IMG/VR virus record: IMGVR_UViG_3300037470_000569 | Coordinates: 1-64,000 of that record | Length of the DNA stretch: 64,000 bases | Strand: one strand, 5' to 3' | Source of the DNA: a virus | Lineage: Duplodnaviria > Caudoviricetes | Part shown: positions 19,738 through 28,852 of the stretch, one piece after another | How the letters are laid out: each line of letters opens with the position of its first letter | How positions within the stretch are numbered: the stretch's first letter is position 1 | Translations under genes and position numbers: made by a program | Notes under the pieces: generated by a model | Seen by the model: only the letters and a program-made list of their open reading frames with translations | What the model was told of the DNA's origin: nothing | The model's database searches: none

Positions 19738-20083
19738 AAACGCCTCCCTGCTGGAGAGTTGAATCCAATACGAATCGCCCCTTCACCCACGTACGTGTCT
19801 CACCACTATCCACTCGATCAAGTTCCCAGCGTCCACTGAAACTTGTCGCCCAAGCAGGCACAAGTAGTGGATTCCCTGTATCTAGTTGTAAGACCACCGG
19901 TGTACCATTGGGTGGCGTGACAGTGAAGAGCGCGACAGGTTCACCCTGGCACTGACCTTCCCAGAGATAACCTATCCATGTACCCGACTCAAATGCCAGT
20001 GGTACCGTGACCTCGATGGTGACGAGATCGCCAGGTTCAGCGAAGATGTTTACCGTGGGCGCGAGTAGATCAAGCGTGCTCAC
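19736..20083 (-). CDS. small beta-sandwich structural protein
   Basis: 115 aa, overlapping start/stop with neighbours; ends TWVKGRF. Confidence 0.6.
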   Translation of the reverse strand: MSTLDLLAPTVNIFAEPGDLVTIEVTVPLAFESGTWIGYLWEGQCQGEPVALFTVTPPNGTPVVLQLDTGNPLLVPAWATSFSGRWELDRVDSGETRTWVKGRFVLDSTLQQGGV

Positions 20084-20823
20084 GACTGCAACCTCGGGAG
20101 CGTCACATCAGGTGAATAGATCCGTGCACGGTCCTGGATCTTCCCTGGGTTATATGTCCTAATGAAGAGATCGGGAATTGTGAGACCAGTCAAGCCTTCA
20201 GTGTCGCGTGTCATCGTCACACCGCGGCGTGTCACCGACACCGTCTTGAAGGGCAGTGCACAGTCTTCCCCACACATTTGCTTCATGATCTCAACGCCGA
20301 GGATACCCACCGCAAGCTTCCCTAAGTCAGTGAGCTCCGGACCAAATGACGCTGTGATCGACCAAACGCCCACTCCCCCCGTAACAGCCCAACTCTGACA
20401 GATGGGCCACTCGGCGCCAATCCGCACAAGCCGTACACCGTCGTAGAGCACCCAGTCATCTTCGTTGAGTACGATGTTATCAACGGTGACGTACATGATG
20501 CGTGCGAACTCAGGCAGCAGAACTTCACTCGTGTTCGTACATGAACATACGTTTGCGCCACAGACACCACATGCGACGTTCAGCCACACACCATTGTAGA
20601 GACCCGGATGGGGCCAGCCATTGTCCAGTGCCCGATCGTCGTACGACGCGCACTCAGCACGACACGGTCGCACCGTTACGGGGCAGTTGCCGAACTGTCT
20701 ACCGGTCGCGCCCCAAAGGACCTCGGAGGCTGCTAAGAATGCCGCACCGGTGACCACGGGACTGTACCCGCAGATATCCGTACACAGCGTCGCCGGCCAG
20801 GGTGCGCATAGGTTCTCATACAA
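20080..20823 (-). CDS. head-to-tail adaptor
   Basis: EVLWGATGRQFG.C...VRPC; CALP...VSVTRRGVT; TGL.IPDLFIRTYNP motifs of actinophage adaptors. Confidence 0.75.
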   Translation of the reverse strand: MYENLCAPWPATLCTDICGYSPVVTGAAFLAASEVLWGATGRQFGNCPVTVRPCRAECASYDDRALDNGWPHPGLYNGVWLNVACGVCGANVCSCTNTSEVLLPEFARIMYVTVDNIVLNEDDWVLYDGVRLVRIGAEWPICQSWAVTGGVGVWSITASFGPELTDLGKLAVGILGVEIMKQMCGEDCALPFKTVSVTRRGVTMTRDTEGLTGLTIPDLFIRTYNPGKIQDRARIYSPDVTLPRLQS

Positions 20824-20839
20824 GAGCGCCCTCCCTGGC

Positions 20840-21502
20840 TTACGTGAGTGTTACTGCTCCACAGCCGGTCAGGGCGGGCAGAGCCTTGGAGACGATGTTG
20901 AACCCGTAGTGCGCATTCACAGGAACTGCGCTAATCCAGTCGTCACTCGTTGGACCGGCACCCCACGACGCGTGCGCTCTCTGGGTAGTCGCCATGAGAG
21001 ACCATTCGAGGGCGTTATCCTCGATGGTGAAGTCGTTGAACCGACCGGCGTAGAGGTTGGGCCACGCCCAATAAGCAGATGCAGGAATTGCACTCGAACA
21101 TGCATTACCCGAGACGTTCTGCCAAACTTCCAGAGAGAAGTGTTGAGTGACGGTACCTTCGGTAACCCAGAAGCCAGTGCCAGTCGCAGGTGCACCGGTC
21201 GTGATCACGGTCGCTCCCGTGATGAGGTTCACGACATCCGGATCGATCGAGCAGAACTGGATGGTGAGGCTCGAGCGCTTATACTGATCAGGGCCACGCT
21301 CATTGACGCAGTATCCACCAGCCGCGTTCCGCACCTCATACTCGGTGCCATCCTCGTAGTCGTGGCTCACCTCGACCTGAACGAAACCGTCCGTGACGAC
21401 AAGACCGCCGGCACCAGTCACCGGTACACCGCACTCAGTCAGGCGGGTGATTCGCATCCGAGTGCCCTGGATGGGGGCCGCGCAGAGAGTCGGTGCTGCC
21501 AC
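20840..21502 (-). CDS. major tail protein
   Basis: RMRITRLTECG, GFVQVEVSHDYEDGTE, FSLEVWQ motifs. Confidence 0.8.
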   Translation of the reverse strand: MAAPTLCAAPIQGTRMRITRLTECGVPVTGAGGLVVTDGFVQVEVSHDYEDGTEYEVRNAAGGYCVNERGPDQYKRSSLTIQFCSIDPDVVNLITGATVITTGAPATGTGFWVTEGTVTQHFSLEVWQNVSGNACSSAIPASAYWAWPNLYAGRFNDFTIEDNALEWSLMATTQRAHASWGAGPTSDDWISAVPVNAHYGFNIVSKALPALTGCGAVTLT

Positions 21503-21512
21503 TGGTTATCTC

Positions 21513-22400
21513 CTAGTTCTCATTGAACGTACCCGCACTTTGACCACCGAGACTAATGAGAATAGCCAGGTGACAACAGTCCCAGTCGATCACATAAGTA
21601 CGTTCCGCGACGACGATGACATCGTTCTTTGCTCGGTCGACGATCTCGGCATTCGTCGTACCTCTGACTTCGACAGGACCTCGCCGCACCTGCACGGCGC
21701 CCGTCGCATACACCCAGCGACTTGCGGTGGGTTGCGACCCATCAGGTCCGGTGCCGGGATAGCCGTCACCGGACACCACCATGTGATTGGACGGCGACCG
21801 CAGTCGACCACCCTCTCGCCGGAGTAAGCCATATGCTTCCCAGGAAGCAACGATCGAATTCGGTGCGTGGATAACTCCCTCGGCGCCGTAGCACCAGCCG
21901 AGAGCTTCCTCCAGTCGAGCAAGACCTTCGACTGGATCAACCGTGGCGCCACCGGAGACGACGACCGAAGCCGCCGTCTGCTCGATGACGCCGTCAGCAC
22001 CGATGATGGCGGCGTTAGCAGCGAGGTGTGGAGTCGTTCCGAATGCACCAGTCCAGAACTCGCGCTCGACGGCGCGACCCTCACCGTTGATCAGACCTTG
22101 TGTGGCATAATTCTGCGCATCATTGATGTATCCCGGTGGACCGCACACCGGCAATGAGTACACCGTGAAGGGCATTGCGCCTCTGACGCTCAAAGCGTCG
22201 ATGCGTACCTTGTCGCCGGTACCCGTGATCGCGCAGCTTGCGGTGGTGACCGTTGCTGGAGCGCAGGTCCCGACCTCGAACCTGACGCCCATTTGCCAGT
22301 GTGGGTCTGTCTCGGTCTGAAGCTGTGCGACTGAAAGCAGACCGTAGGGAGTCGTGACACGCGTCGGCCGGGTGACGATCGGTCGTGCGGCTGAGATCAC
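21513..22400 (-). CDS. second capsid protein (major capsid pentamer-like)
   Basis: Directly after the major capsid gene; PYGLLSVA...HWQMGV, GVIHAP, VAERTYVI..DC pattern. Confidence 0.6.
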   Translation of the reverse strand: MISAARPIVTRPTRVTTPYGLLSVAQLQTETDPHWQMGVRFEVGTCAPATVTTASCAITGTGDKVRIDALSVRGAMPFTVYSLPVCGPPGYINDAQNYATQGLINGEGRAVEREFWTGAFGTTPHLAANAAIIGADGVIEQTAASVVVSGGATVDPVEGLARLEEALGWCYGAEGVIHAPNSIVASWEAYGLLRREGGRLRSPSNHMVVSGDGYPGTGPDGSQPTASRWVYATGAVQVRRGPVEVRGTTNAEIVDRAKNDVIVVAERTYVIDWDCCHLAILISLGGQSAGTFNEN

Positions 22401-22448
22401 GTGTCACGCTCCCTTCAGGTTCATCACGGGCTTGGTCAACCGCTACGA

Positions 22449-24149
22449 TCAGGGGCCGGTGTTGGCGCAGGTAAGGCTGGCCGCACCGGTCATACCACTG
22501 GCGCAGAAGTCGAGGGTGACCAACCGGGACTGGTGTCCGATCATCGCCGTCAACTTACACTCCTCGGTCCAGGCCGCGGTGTGGTCGTTCTTGGCGTTGA
22601 GCGCGGAGTCCCGCACAACGCCGAGGTTCAGGTCGAGGCCCATACCGACGACCCAGGTACCTGCGGCGTAGATGAGGAACTGCACGAAGTTCGGCCACTG
22701 GGTGCGCGGCGTGATCTGACCGAGCTGATCGCCCGAACCGAGCTGCCAGTCGCTGACGTACTGGACCCGCACGTAACGCGCATCGAACCAAGCGTTCATC
22801 TGGGCGTCGGTAACGGCCATCATGTTCTCGACGCCGGTGCGCTTAGCGAGATCCGAGCGAATCGCTTCCTTCGCCCAGCGGGGGAGCACGACCTCGAGGA
22901 TCTCGTTATCACACATCCGGAACCGCTCGCGGTAGTCGGCGGCCTGCAGTCCGATGGCACCGAGCAGACCCGATGCGAGCGGGACGTCAGTACCAGTGAC
23001 AGTAACCGAGGTCGAACCCGCGACGATGTCGGCAATGATCCGCTGATTCATGATGTGCTCATGAGCATTCATCACGAGCCGGAGGTAGTTGGAGATCATC
23101 TCCGGGTAAGCCGACTCAGTCAGGTTGCCAGCGGTGATGCAGAGACCGTGACACGCGAGCCGCAGCTCATTGAACGACGGGCACGGAACTCGAACGCAAG
23201 GCTTGGTGCCAGCGCCCGTGACGGCGAGAATGTCATCGCCTTCGGTCCAGAGCCAGATGTCATCCAGTGCATCGGCGATCGTCGGCGACGTAGGCCACCG
23301 AATGCCACCGCGAGTCACGCCGACGGTCGGCACGTCGATGATGCCGTCGCCGCAGGCGATGTTGAAGAAGTCGTAGATGATCGTGCTGGGTGCACACCAG
23401 CCGCCGGCGGCGACGAGGTTCTGCGGATCGGCCGCACGATGCATCACGTCCCAGATCTGCTCCGGAGCGGTCTCCCGGTCGAGGACGAGCGGGTACTCCT
23501 TGCGAATCGTAGCGACGGTGGTGTAGCCCGACGGCATCGCCAGCGTGTTCGCCCGACGGTGCACCGCATCGGTGAGGTAGTCCAGCGTCTCGAGCTGGCG
23601 ACCCGCGGCGTACATCGGCACGTCGGGAGCGGTGACAACCTGAGCAGTCGGATAGTTGAGCCCGATGCCAGGGTCCGGAGCTCGCCGAGCAACCTCACTA
23701 AGCGGAACATTGAGGCGCTTCCGCTTCACGACCAGCGCACCAGTCCGAGTCTGTCCAGCGCCGGCGGACGCCGTGACCGGCACAGGCTCGGGCACCACCT
23801 CAGGCTCGGGCTCCGGTGCCGGCTCGGGCTCGGGCACCTCGACGGCGGCGGTCTCGACACGCACGCCCATCGACTGGAGTTGAGCATCGAGCTCGGCTGC
23901 TTCAGCAGCCAGTGCCTCGTTCTCTTCGTCGCGTCGCTTCGTCTCGACGTTGACGCGTTCGATCGCGGCAGTGATCGTGCGCAGCTCGGTGACCTTGTCG
24001 GCCGAGAGCGCGCCCTCACTGCGAATGGCATCGAAGGTACGCAGGAGCTCGGAGCCCAGCGTCTCGAGGTCACCGTCAGTCAAGGACGTCAGGTTCTCGG
24101 GGACGACCAGGTTCTCATCGCCTCCCGAGGCTTGCGTTTCAGGCTCCAT
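22449..24149 (-). CDS. major capsid protein with N-terminal scaffold-like region
   Basis: Coiled-coil and PE-repeat N-terminus; VAAGGWCAPS.IIYDF, TRGGI.WP, KPCVRVPCP.F.E.RL motifs. Confidence 0.85.
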   Translation of the reverse strand: MEPETQASGGDENLVVPENLTSLTDGDLETLGSELLRTFDAIRSEGALSADKVTELRTITAAIERVNVETKRRDEENEALAAEAAELDAQLQSMGVRVETAAVEVPEPEPAPEPEPEVVPEPVPVTASAGAGQTRTGALVVKRKRLNVPLSEVARRAPDPGIGLNYPTAQVVTAPDVPMYAAGRQLETLDYLTDAVHRRANTLAMPSGYTTVATIRKEYPLVLDRETAPEQIWDVMHRAADPQNLVAAGGWCAPSTIIYDFFNIACGDGIIDVPTVGVTRGGIRWPTSPTIADALDDIWLWTEGDDILAVTGAGTKPCVRVPCPSFNELRLACHGLCITAGNLTESAYPEMISNYLRLVMNAHEHIMNQRIIADIVAGSTSVTVTGTDVPLASGLLGAIGLQAADYRERFRMCDNEILEVVLPRWAKEAIRSDLAKRTGVENMMAVTDAQMNAWFDARYVRVQYVSDWQLGSGDQLGQITPRTQWPNFVQFLIYAAGTWVVGMGLDLNLGVVRDSALNAKNDHTAAWTEECKLTAMIGHQSRLVTLDFCASGMTGAASLTCANTGP

Positions 24150-24357
24150 GGTTCCTCACGTGGTGATCGGGTTCTACACCGTCCGATCCCTCGAGCCGTG
24201 AGGTTCACCTCTCGCTCTCACGCGGACTATATCTACGCGTGACTGTCGCGGTTGGATCTCTGACCGCGCCGACACTCGGTGCCGGTTGCTCAGGCGAATA
24301 GTACCACCGGTCTGTGCAGCCGTCGACACTCCAGGACAGATTCTTCCAAGGATCCTG

Positions 24358-24386
24358 TTGACTACGAACCCGAGATGTTGTAATAT
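24358..24386 (+). promoter_or_regulatory. sigma70-type promoter (family copy)
   Basis: TTGACT-17 bp-TAATAT. Confidence 0.7.
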
Positions 24387-24419
24387 GTTCATAACAATTG
24401 AGACGAAACTGAGGATGAG

Positions 24420-24845
24420 ATGGACGCTAAGACGGCGATCGAGACCATCAACGATGACATCGTGTATAAGCCCGGGTGGATGATCACCGCGGAACCATAC
24501 ACGCAAGCTACGCCGCGCATCGTCGTTCACTTCGAGTTCAATACCTGGAACTCGAATCGTGAGTACTTCCAGGAGGGCACCACCCGACTGCGGGAGGCTC
24601 GCATCCGCGTGGCTCACACGCTTGCGGTCAGCGATCTCAAGACGACTGAAGACCTGATGTTCGAACTGCTCATGCTGATCCTCGACACCGAGACTCACGA
24701 AGCGCGAGAGTTTCTCCGTCTCAAGTCAGCTGAGTTCAACGCCCCGTTCCACCCTCACCGTCTGATGGAGATGCACGGTTTCGGCGAGCGCACGGGCGCA
24801 GGTCTCCAGAGCTTCATCCACGACCTCCACTACGGAGCGGTGTAA
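24420..24845 (+). CDS. hypothetical protein (141 aa)
   Basis: Good codon usage; follows a promoter and a GAGGA ribosome-binding site. Confidence 0.8.
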   Translation: MDAKTAIETINDDIVYKPGWMITAEPYTQATPRIVVHFEFNTWNSNREYFQEGTTRLREARIRVAHTLAVSDLKTTEDLMFELLMLILDTETHEAREFLRLKSAEFNAPFHPHRLMEMHGFGERTGAGLQSFIHDLHYGAV

Positions 24846-24868
24846 GCGGAATCTTTCGTGAGAACTTA

Positions 24869-24897
24869 TTGACTCGATCATCACTTCCTGTTAGAAT
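24869..24897 (+). promoter_or_regulatory. sigma70-type early promoter (family copy)
   Basis: TTGACT-17 bp-TAGAAT followed by GTTCTTAGAAGGTTGAT. Confidence 0.85.
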
Positions 24898-24934
24898 GTT
24901 CTTAGAAGGTTGATCGAGGAACCCAGGAGCTAAG

Positions 24935-25081
24935 ATGAACGCCAAGCCCGACGCCAAACCCAGCACCGTCGTTGTTTACGCCCTCGACCGGGACGAGTCT
25001 GACTGCTGCGAGGCCCTGACCCCCGGATGCCCCGTCAACCACACCAAGTCCCCCCGCGACGCAGGTTGTGAGACATGGTGA
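24935..25081 (+). CDS. small Cys-rich protein (48 aa, not in the ORF track)
   Basis: AGGAG ribosome-binding site; MNAKPDAKPSTVVVYALDRDESDCCEALTPGCPVNH...CETW. Confidence 0.65.
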   Translation: MNAKPDAKPSTVVVYALDRDESDCCEALTPGCPVNHTKSPRDAGCETW

Positions 25082-25329
25082 CTTATGCGAAGTGCAGGTT
25101 TGGTGCGGATGTCGCACACTGCGAGCTTTGCGGTTCGACCGACCGTGAAGATCTCACGACCGGTGACCAGGGGTACACCGCCTGTTGCAACGAGCCTGTG
25201 CGCTATGGGCGTTGTGACCAGGAGCATGACGTCAGGAACATGGGTTCACCCGCTAAGAACTTTGGGCGACCACGCCCAGAGCTCTGCCCTCACGGTGAGT
25301 ATTGGAAATTCTGTGAAGGGACACACTAA
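25075..25329 (+). CDS. small Cys-rich putative Zn-binding protein
   Basis: CxxC (CELC), CC and CPH/C motifs; coupled to neighbouring ORFs. Confidence 0.65.
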   Translation: MVTYAKCRFGADVAHCELCGSTDREDLTTGDQGYTACCNEPVRYGRCDQEHDVRNMGSPAKNFGRPRPELCPHGEYWKFCEGTH

Positions 25330-25463
25330 TGGACATCAGCGACTGGACAACCTGTGAGATGTACGGTCACCGGTTCCTCAACACCGAAGGCGAAGCGCCT
25401 AAACCCGGTGAGTGTGGGCACTGCGCCGACTGCGACGAAGACAACGGCGAGTGTGATGACTGA
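25329..25463 (+). CDS. small acidic Cys-rich protein (44 aa, not in the track)
   Basis: TAATG coupling; MDISDWTTCEMYGHRF...CGHCADC. Confidence 0.55.
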   Translation: MDISDWTTCEMYGHRFLNTEGEAPKPGECGHCADCDEDNGECDD

Positions 25464-25618
25464 TGAGTATCACGTTCCGCATCGGCCGCGATGGGTTGGC
25501 GCACGCCTGCCCAACTGGCTGGGTCACCGCTCTTTGTGGCATCCAGTGCACCACGACAACAACCACCGGCGTTCCTCACGAACGCTGCATGCAACTAGCT
25601 GTGGAGCAGGCAATATGA
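25463..25618 (+). CDS. small hypothetical protein (51 aa, not in the track)
   Basis: TGATG and ATGA coupling on either side; GLAHAC...ALCG...C pattern. Confidence 0.55.
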   Translation: MSITFRIGRDGLAHACPTGWVTALCGIQCTTTTTTGVPHERCMQLAVEQAI

Positions 25619-25809
25619 AGCTAAGGTTCTGGCAACGAGACACCCGACCGTACGCCGTGATTACGTGGTGTGAAGAGCATCAAGCGTGGCACTTCCGTCC
25701 GGTCGATCCAATCGGAACACTCGCGGAGTCGGTTCACGAGTTGAAGTATAATCACATCCTCGATGCGGTGAAGGCCGCCGACAGCGCCGGCTATCGACTC
25801 GTCGCTTAG
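25615..25809 (+). CDS. hypothetical protein (64 aa)
   Basis: ATGA overlap start MKLRFWQR; 3' part of track ORF 25354-25809. Confidence 0.6.
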   Translation: MKLRFWQRDTRPYAVITWCEEHQAWHFRPVDPIGTLAESVHELKYNHILDAVKAADSAGYRLVA

Positions 25810-25812
25810 CTC

Positions 25813-26022
25813 ATGAGAGTCACCTCGAGAGGTGCTAAGTTCGAGGTCCTGCTTTATCGGAAGCGTCACCGACTCTTCAAGCGTTGTGTAGTGAAGTCAC
25901 GCTATGCTGCGAAGCAGCTCCGAGCGGAGTGGGAAGAGAAGTACGACCACACCTATACGGTCGAGGTGCATAAGATCATTCCAGTGAAGGAGACAACCAG
26001 TGAAAAACATCAAGAAGTCTAA
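25813..26022 (+). CDS. hypothetical protein (69 aa)
   Basis: ORF in a co-directional early-gene run. Confidence 0.55.
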   Translation: MRVTSRGAKFEVLLYRKRHRLFKRCVVKSRYAAKQLRAEWEEKYDHTYTVEVHKIIPVKETTSEKHQEV

Positions 26023-26389
26023 GAAGCGTCTCGAGGCACGTGTCAAAGCCTACGAGTCTCTGAAGGCCGATGATGGCTACCGCAAGCCAGGCAGCCTGAA
26101 GAAAGTTCACTAGGATCGCGTCACCATCCCCGACACCGTCGTCGGGCGCGGAGGTATAGGGCCGGACCGAGCAGCGTCGCTCGGCCGGCACCTGCCTCAT
26201 TAAAGAGAGGAGATGTACATGGAGACACCCTACTGCGATCGACACCATCACATTTGCGTATCAAGCTCGTCTCTACGAGCTCTGGGGCTACGACAGTTAT
26301 CACGCATCAAATAAGCTCGAGGGTGAGCAGATCATCGCCGCGATGCGTGAACTTCACGGCATCGAGCTCGAAGACCCATGGAGTAACTG

Positions 26390-26590
26390 ATGAATGCGAC
26401 CAAGTTCTGCGTGACCTGCGAGAAGCTCACTGATCATCAGACACATCGACACCGTGAGGCGCTCGCCGAGCGCCAGCACACACCCTCGCAGTGCCCTGTG
26501 CTACACGTCGACGATGACGACGAGGACATGACCGCGAACGACATGTTCGAGGCGCTCGGTAGTTCATTCCGAATCGACGACACCACGTGA
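26390..26590 (+). CDS. hypothetical protein (66 aa)
   Basis: TGATG coupling; CxxC near the N-terminus. Confidence 0.6.
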   Translation: MNATKFCVTCEKLTDHQTHRHREALAERQHTPSQCPVLHVDDDDEDMTANDMFEALGSSFRIDDTT

Positions 26591-26805
26591 CACGACAACC
26601 CCGCTTCTACCGTCACGAAGACGCTTGGTGGATTCGCGGACCACTCAAAGAGCTCGAGGGTCGTCAGATTGTGATAGTGCGGCGGAAGGATAACACGCTC
26701 ATCGAGGTCGAGGTCGATCCGGAAACGCTCACACCGCTCGACCCAGAGGTCCGTACCCAGTGGGATGGTCGAAAGCCGCACATCGTGAAGCCCAAGTTCT
26801 TGTGA
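26587..26805 (+). CDS. hypothetical protein (72 aa)
   Basis: GTGA overlap with the upstream ORF. Confidence 0.6.
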   Translation: MTRQPRFYRHEDAWWIRGPLKELEGRQIVIVRRKDNTLIEVEVDPETLTPLDPEVRTQWDGRKPHIVKPKFL

Positions 26806-26812
26806 GAACTTG

Positions 26813-26841
26813 TTGCATCGAGTCCTCGTTCCTGTTAGAAT
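26813..26841 (+). promoter_or_regulatory. sigma70-type early promoter (family copy)
   Basis: TTGCAT-17 bp-TAGAAT followed by GTTCTTACAAGGTTGAT. Confidence 0.8.
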
Positions 26842-26879
26842 GTTCTTACAAGGTTGATTGAACAACTGGAGGACACGAG

Positions 26880-27426
26880 ATGCGACCGATGACTGAGAAG
26901 CAGTTCAACTTCGTCTCGAAGCTGATCGCCGACCGCGAGCCCAACTTCGACGGGGTCGATGGCACGGTGTTCGAGCGGTACATGGACATCCTGGACGGGA
27001 GCAAGTTCATCTCCTCGCAGGAGGCCAGCTCGGTGATCGACTGGCTGTTGACTCAGCCGAAGAAGGCACCGAAGGTCACTGAGGGCGCCTCGACCGCAGT
27101 CCTGGAGCCCGGAGTCTACGTCCTGGGCGATCACATCGTCAAGCTCCAGTCGAACAAGGCCAAAGACGAACTGCTACACCCTCCGCTGGACGGTGATCAA
27201 CGGCGAGCGGCTGGTTGAGACCGGCGAGCACGTCAACGGCGAGTGGGTTTACGAGCCCGACCTCAAGGGCCAGCTGCGGCCGGAACACCGCATGACGATG
27301 GAGGAGGCCAAGGCGTTCGGCATCACATACGGCCGGTGCGCCAAGTGCAGCCGCAAGCTCAAGGCCGCGAAGTCGGTCGAGGCTGCGATCGGCCCGGTCT
27401 GCGGTAAGTTCTTCACCCTGGTGTGA
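26880..27426 (+). pseudogene. DUF6011-like Zn-finger protein split by a +1 frameshift near 27162
   Basis: Removing one A from GCC-AAA-G fuses ORFs 26880-27218 and 27193-27426 (…NKAKTNCYTLRWTVINGER…), ending in CAKCSRKL…SVEAAIGPVC. Confidence 0.7.
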
Positions 27427-27443
27427 AGCCCAAAAGTAGCGTG

Positions 27444-27468
27444 GAGCCCCCAGCACGGGGGCTCTTTC
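27444..27468 (+). terminator. intrinsic terminator
   Basis: GAGCCCCC-AGCAC-GGGGGCTC hairpin followed by TTT. Confidence 0.7.
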
Positions 27469-27493
27469 GCATTGAAGAATCTTTCACTTCGAG

Positions 27494-27522
27494 TTGACTC
27501 GAGTCCTGACTTGTGATAGAAT
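27494..27522 (+). promoter_or_regulatory. sigma70-type early promoter (family copy)
   Basis: TTGACT-17 bp-TAGAAT followed by GTATCTACAAGGTTGAT. Confidence 0.85.
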
Positions 27523-27558
27523 GTATCTACAAGGTTGATTAAACAAAGGAGCTAGGAC

Positions 27559-27975
27559 ATGCCCGCAACGCGCACCGAGACCTCGGCCATTCTCAAGGAC
27601 GGCACGCTCGTCGACATCCTCATGATCCAACGAGCCTATCCCCGGTCGGGTGAGCAGAAAGACTTCGCGAAGGCCACTCGCGTGTACGTCGACGAGGTCG
27701 GCAAGACGATCCTGGACAACCTCCGCGACCGTTTCGGTCGGCCGACGAAGACGTACAAGGCCGCAGTCACCGAGGCCTTGCAGCACGTCAACATGACGGG
27801 CTTCAAGGTGTGCTGGAGCCAGCGCGCCGGTTGCTCTTGCGGCTGCTCACCGGGCTTCATCCTCCGTGACGCCGATAACCACGTCGTCCGCCACACCGTC
27901 GAAGGTCGTCCGGTCGACGTCTACGTGAAGATCAATAAGGGCGCGCTCGGCGAATCTAAGTCACGGGAGCTGTGA
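27559..27975 (+). CDS. hypothetical protein (138 aa)
   Basis: AAAGGAG ribosome-binding site; WSQRAGCSCGCSPGF motif. Confidence 0.8.
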   Translation: MPATRTETSAILKDGTLVDILMIQRAYPRSGEQKDFAKATRVYVDEVGKTILDNLRDRFGRPTKTYKAAVTEALQHVNMTGFKVCWSQRAGCSCGCSPGFILRDADNHVVRHTVEGRPVDVYVKINKGALGESKSREL

Positions 27976-28139
27976 TGACCGTCAAAGTAACGTTCACCGC
28001 AACACTTGAGAACCACGAGCACGCCGATGATGAGACGTTTGTATCGGAGTTGCGTATTGGCTGGGACGGCGCTCACATCGATGTCGATGATATCCTCGCC
28101 GACTCAACGTCACTCGAGGTTGAATTTGAAGTCGAGTAG
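27975..28139 (+). CDS. small acidic protein (54 aa, not in the track)
   Basis: TGATG coupling; MTVKVTFTATLENHEHADD…. Confidence 0.6.
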   Translation: MTVKVTFTATLENHEHADDETFVSELRIGWDGAHIDVDDILADSTSLEVEFEVE

Positions 28140-28148
28140 ACTAGGTCC

Positions 28149-28221
28149 TGCGGGGTAGAGCAGATGGCAGCTCGACAGCCTCATAAGCTGTAGGTCCTGG
28201 GTTCGAGTCCCAGTCCCGCAA
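28149..28221 (+). tRNA. trnM: tRNA-Met/fMet-like, anticodon CAT (CCA not encoded)
   Basis: Full cloverleaf: TGCGGGG/TCCCGCA acceptor, GAGC/GCTC D stem, ACAGC-CTCATAA-GCTGT anticodon arm, CTGGG-TTCGAGT-CCCAG T arm, discriminator A. Confidence 0.92.
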
Positions 28222-28282
28222 CTCACTTACCTTCGCGAAGGTATCGTTCGCGACGTTTCTTCTTTAAGCAGATGCTACAGAC

Positions 28283-28852
28283 TTACCAGCGGGAGGGAAG
28301 ACCTGCAGTGTTTCCGCTATTATGATACCAGTTCCATGTGATCTCATTCACGTGGTGGAACTTAGCACCCAAATTCGACATCTGCATCCAGAAGTTGAAG
28401 TCCTCGCCGCTGCAACCCGCACCTTCCAGTGGGGCGGGGAAGTGGCATTTCTGAGCGATCTCATTTCGCACCAACGCCGTGATCGGGAAGGTGTGTGGCG
28501 TGGTGTGGTTCCACTGCAGACCTCGATTGCACGCGATTGGGTCGCTGCCACCGATGACCTGGAACCAAGGCCAGACGACATCAGCGCCGGTCTCTTCGGC
28601 GGTTGCCAGCAGAGTCGCCACGTGATGAGGTAGCAGCTCGTCGTCGTCGTCGGCGAAGGCTACCCACTCGGTCTGCGCCTGCCGCAGCGCCCGCGTCCTC
28701 GTTGGTCCAGCCCCGTCCTTGTCGTGGTCTAGGGCTACCGACACCGAATAGATCGGGTGCGTCTGGACCGCTGCAGAGGCGAGCAGCCGACCCAACAACT
28801 GAGCACGTGGCGGAATCGACGGCGTGACGAGCGTGATCCCGGTAACCTTCAC
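28283..28852 (-). CDS. glycosyltransferase family 2
   Basis: TLVTPSIP, AFADDDDELLPHH (DxD), EDF motif; start probably the GTG overlapping the upstream stop. Confidence 0.85.
   Translation of the reverse strand: MKVTGITLVTPSIPPRAQLLGRLLASAAVQTHPIYSVSVALDHDKDGAGPTRTRALRQAQTEWVAFADDDDELLPHHVATLLATAEETGADVVWPWFQVIGGSDPIACNRGLQWNHTTPHTFPITALVRNEIAQKCHFPAPLEGAGCSGEDFNFWMQMSNLGAKFHHVNEITWNWYHNSGNTAGLPSRW

Noticed and set aside
22401-24242. 613-aa plus-strand ORF
   Set aside because: Antisense shadow of the major capsid gene; no recognisable motifs, and explained by the strong codon bias of the sense gene
28222-28282. HDV-like (theta) ribozyme after the tRNA
   Set aside because: Only a simple ACCTTC-GC-GAAGGT palindrome is present; no nested double-pseudoknot pattern was found
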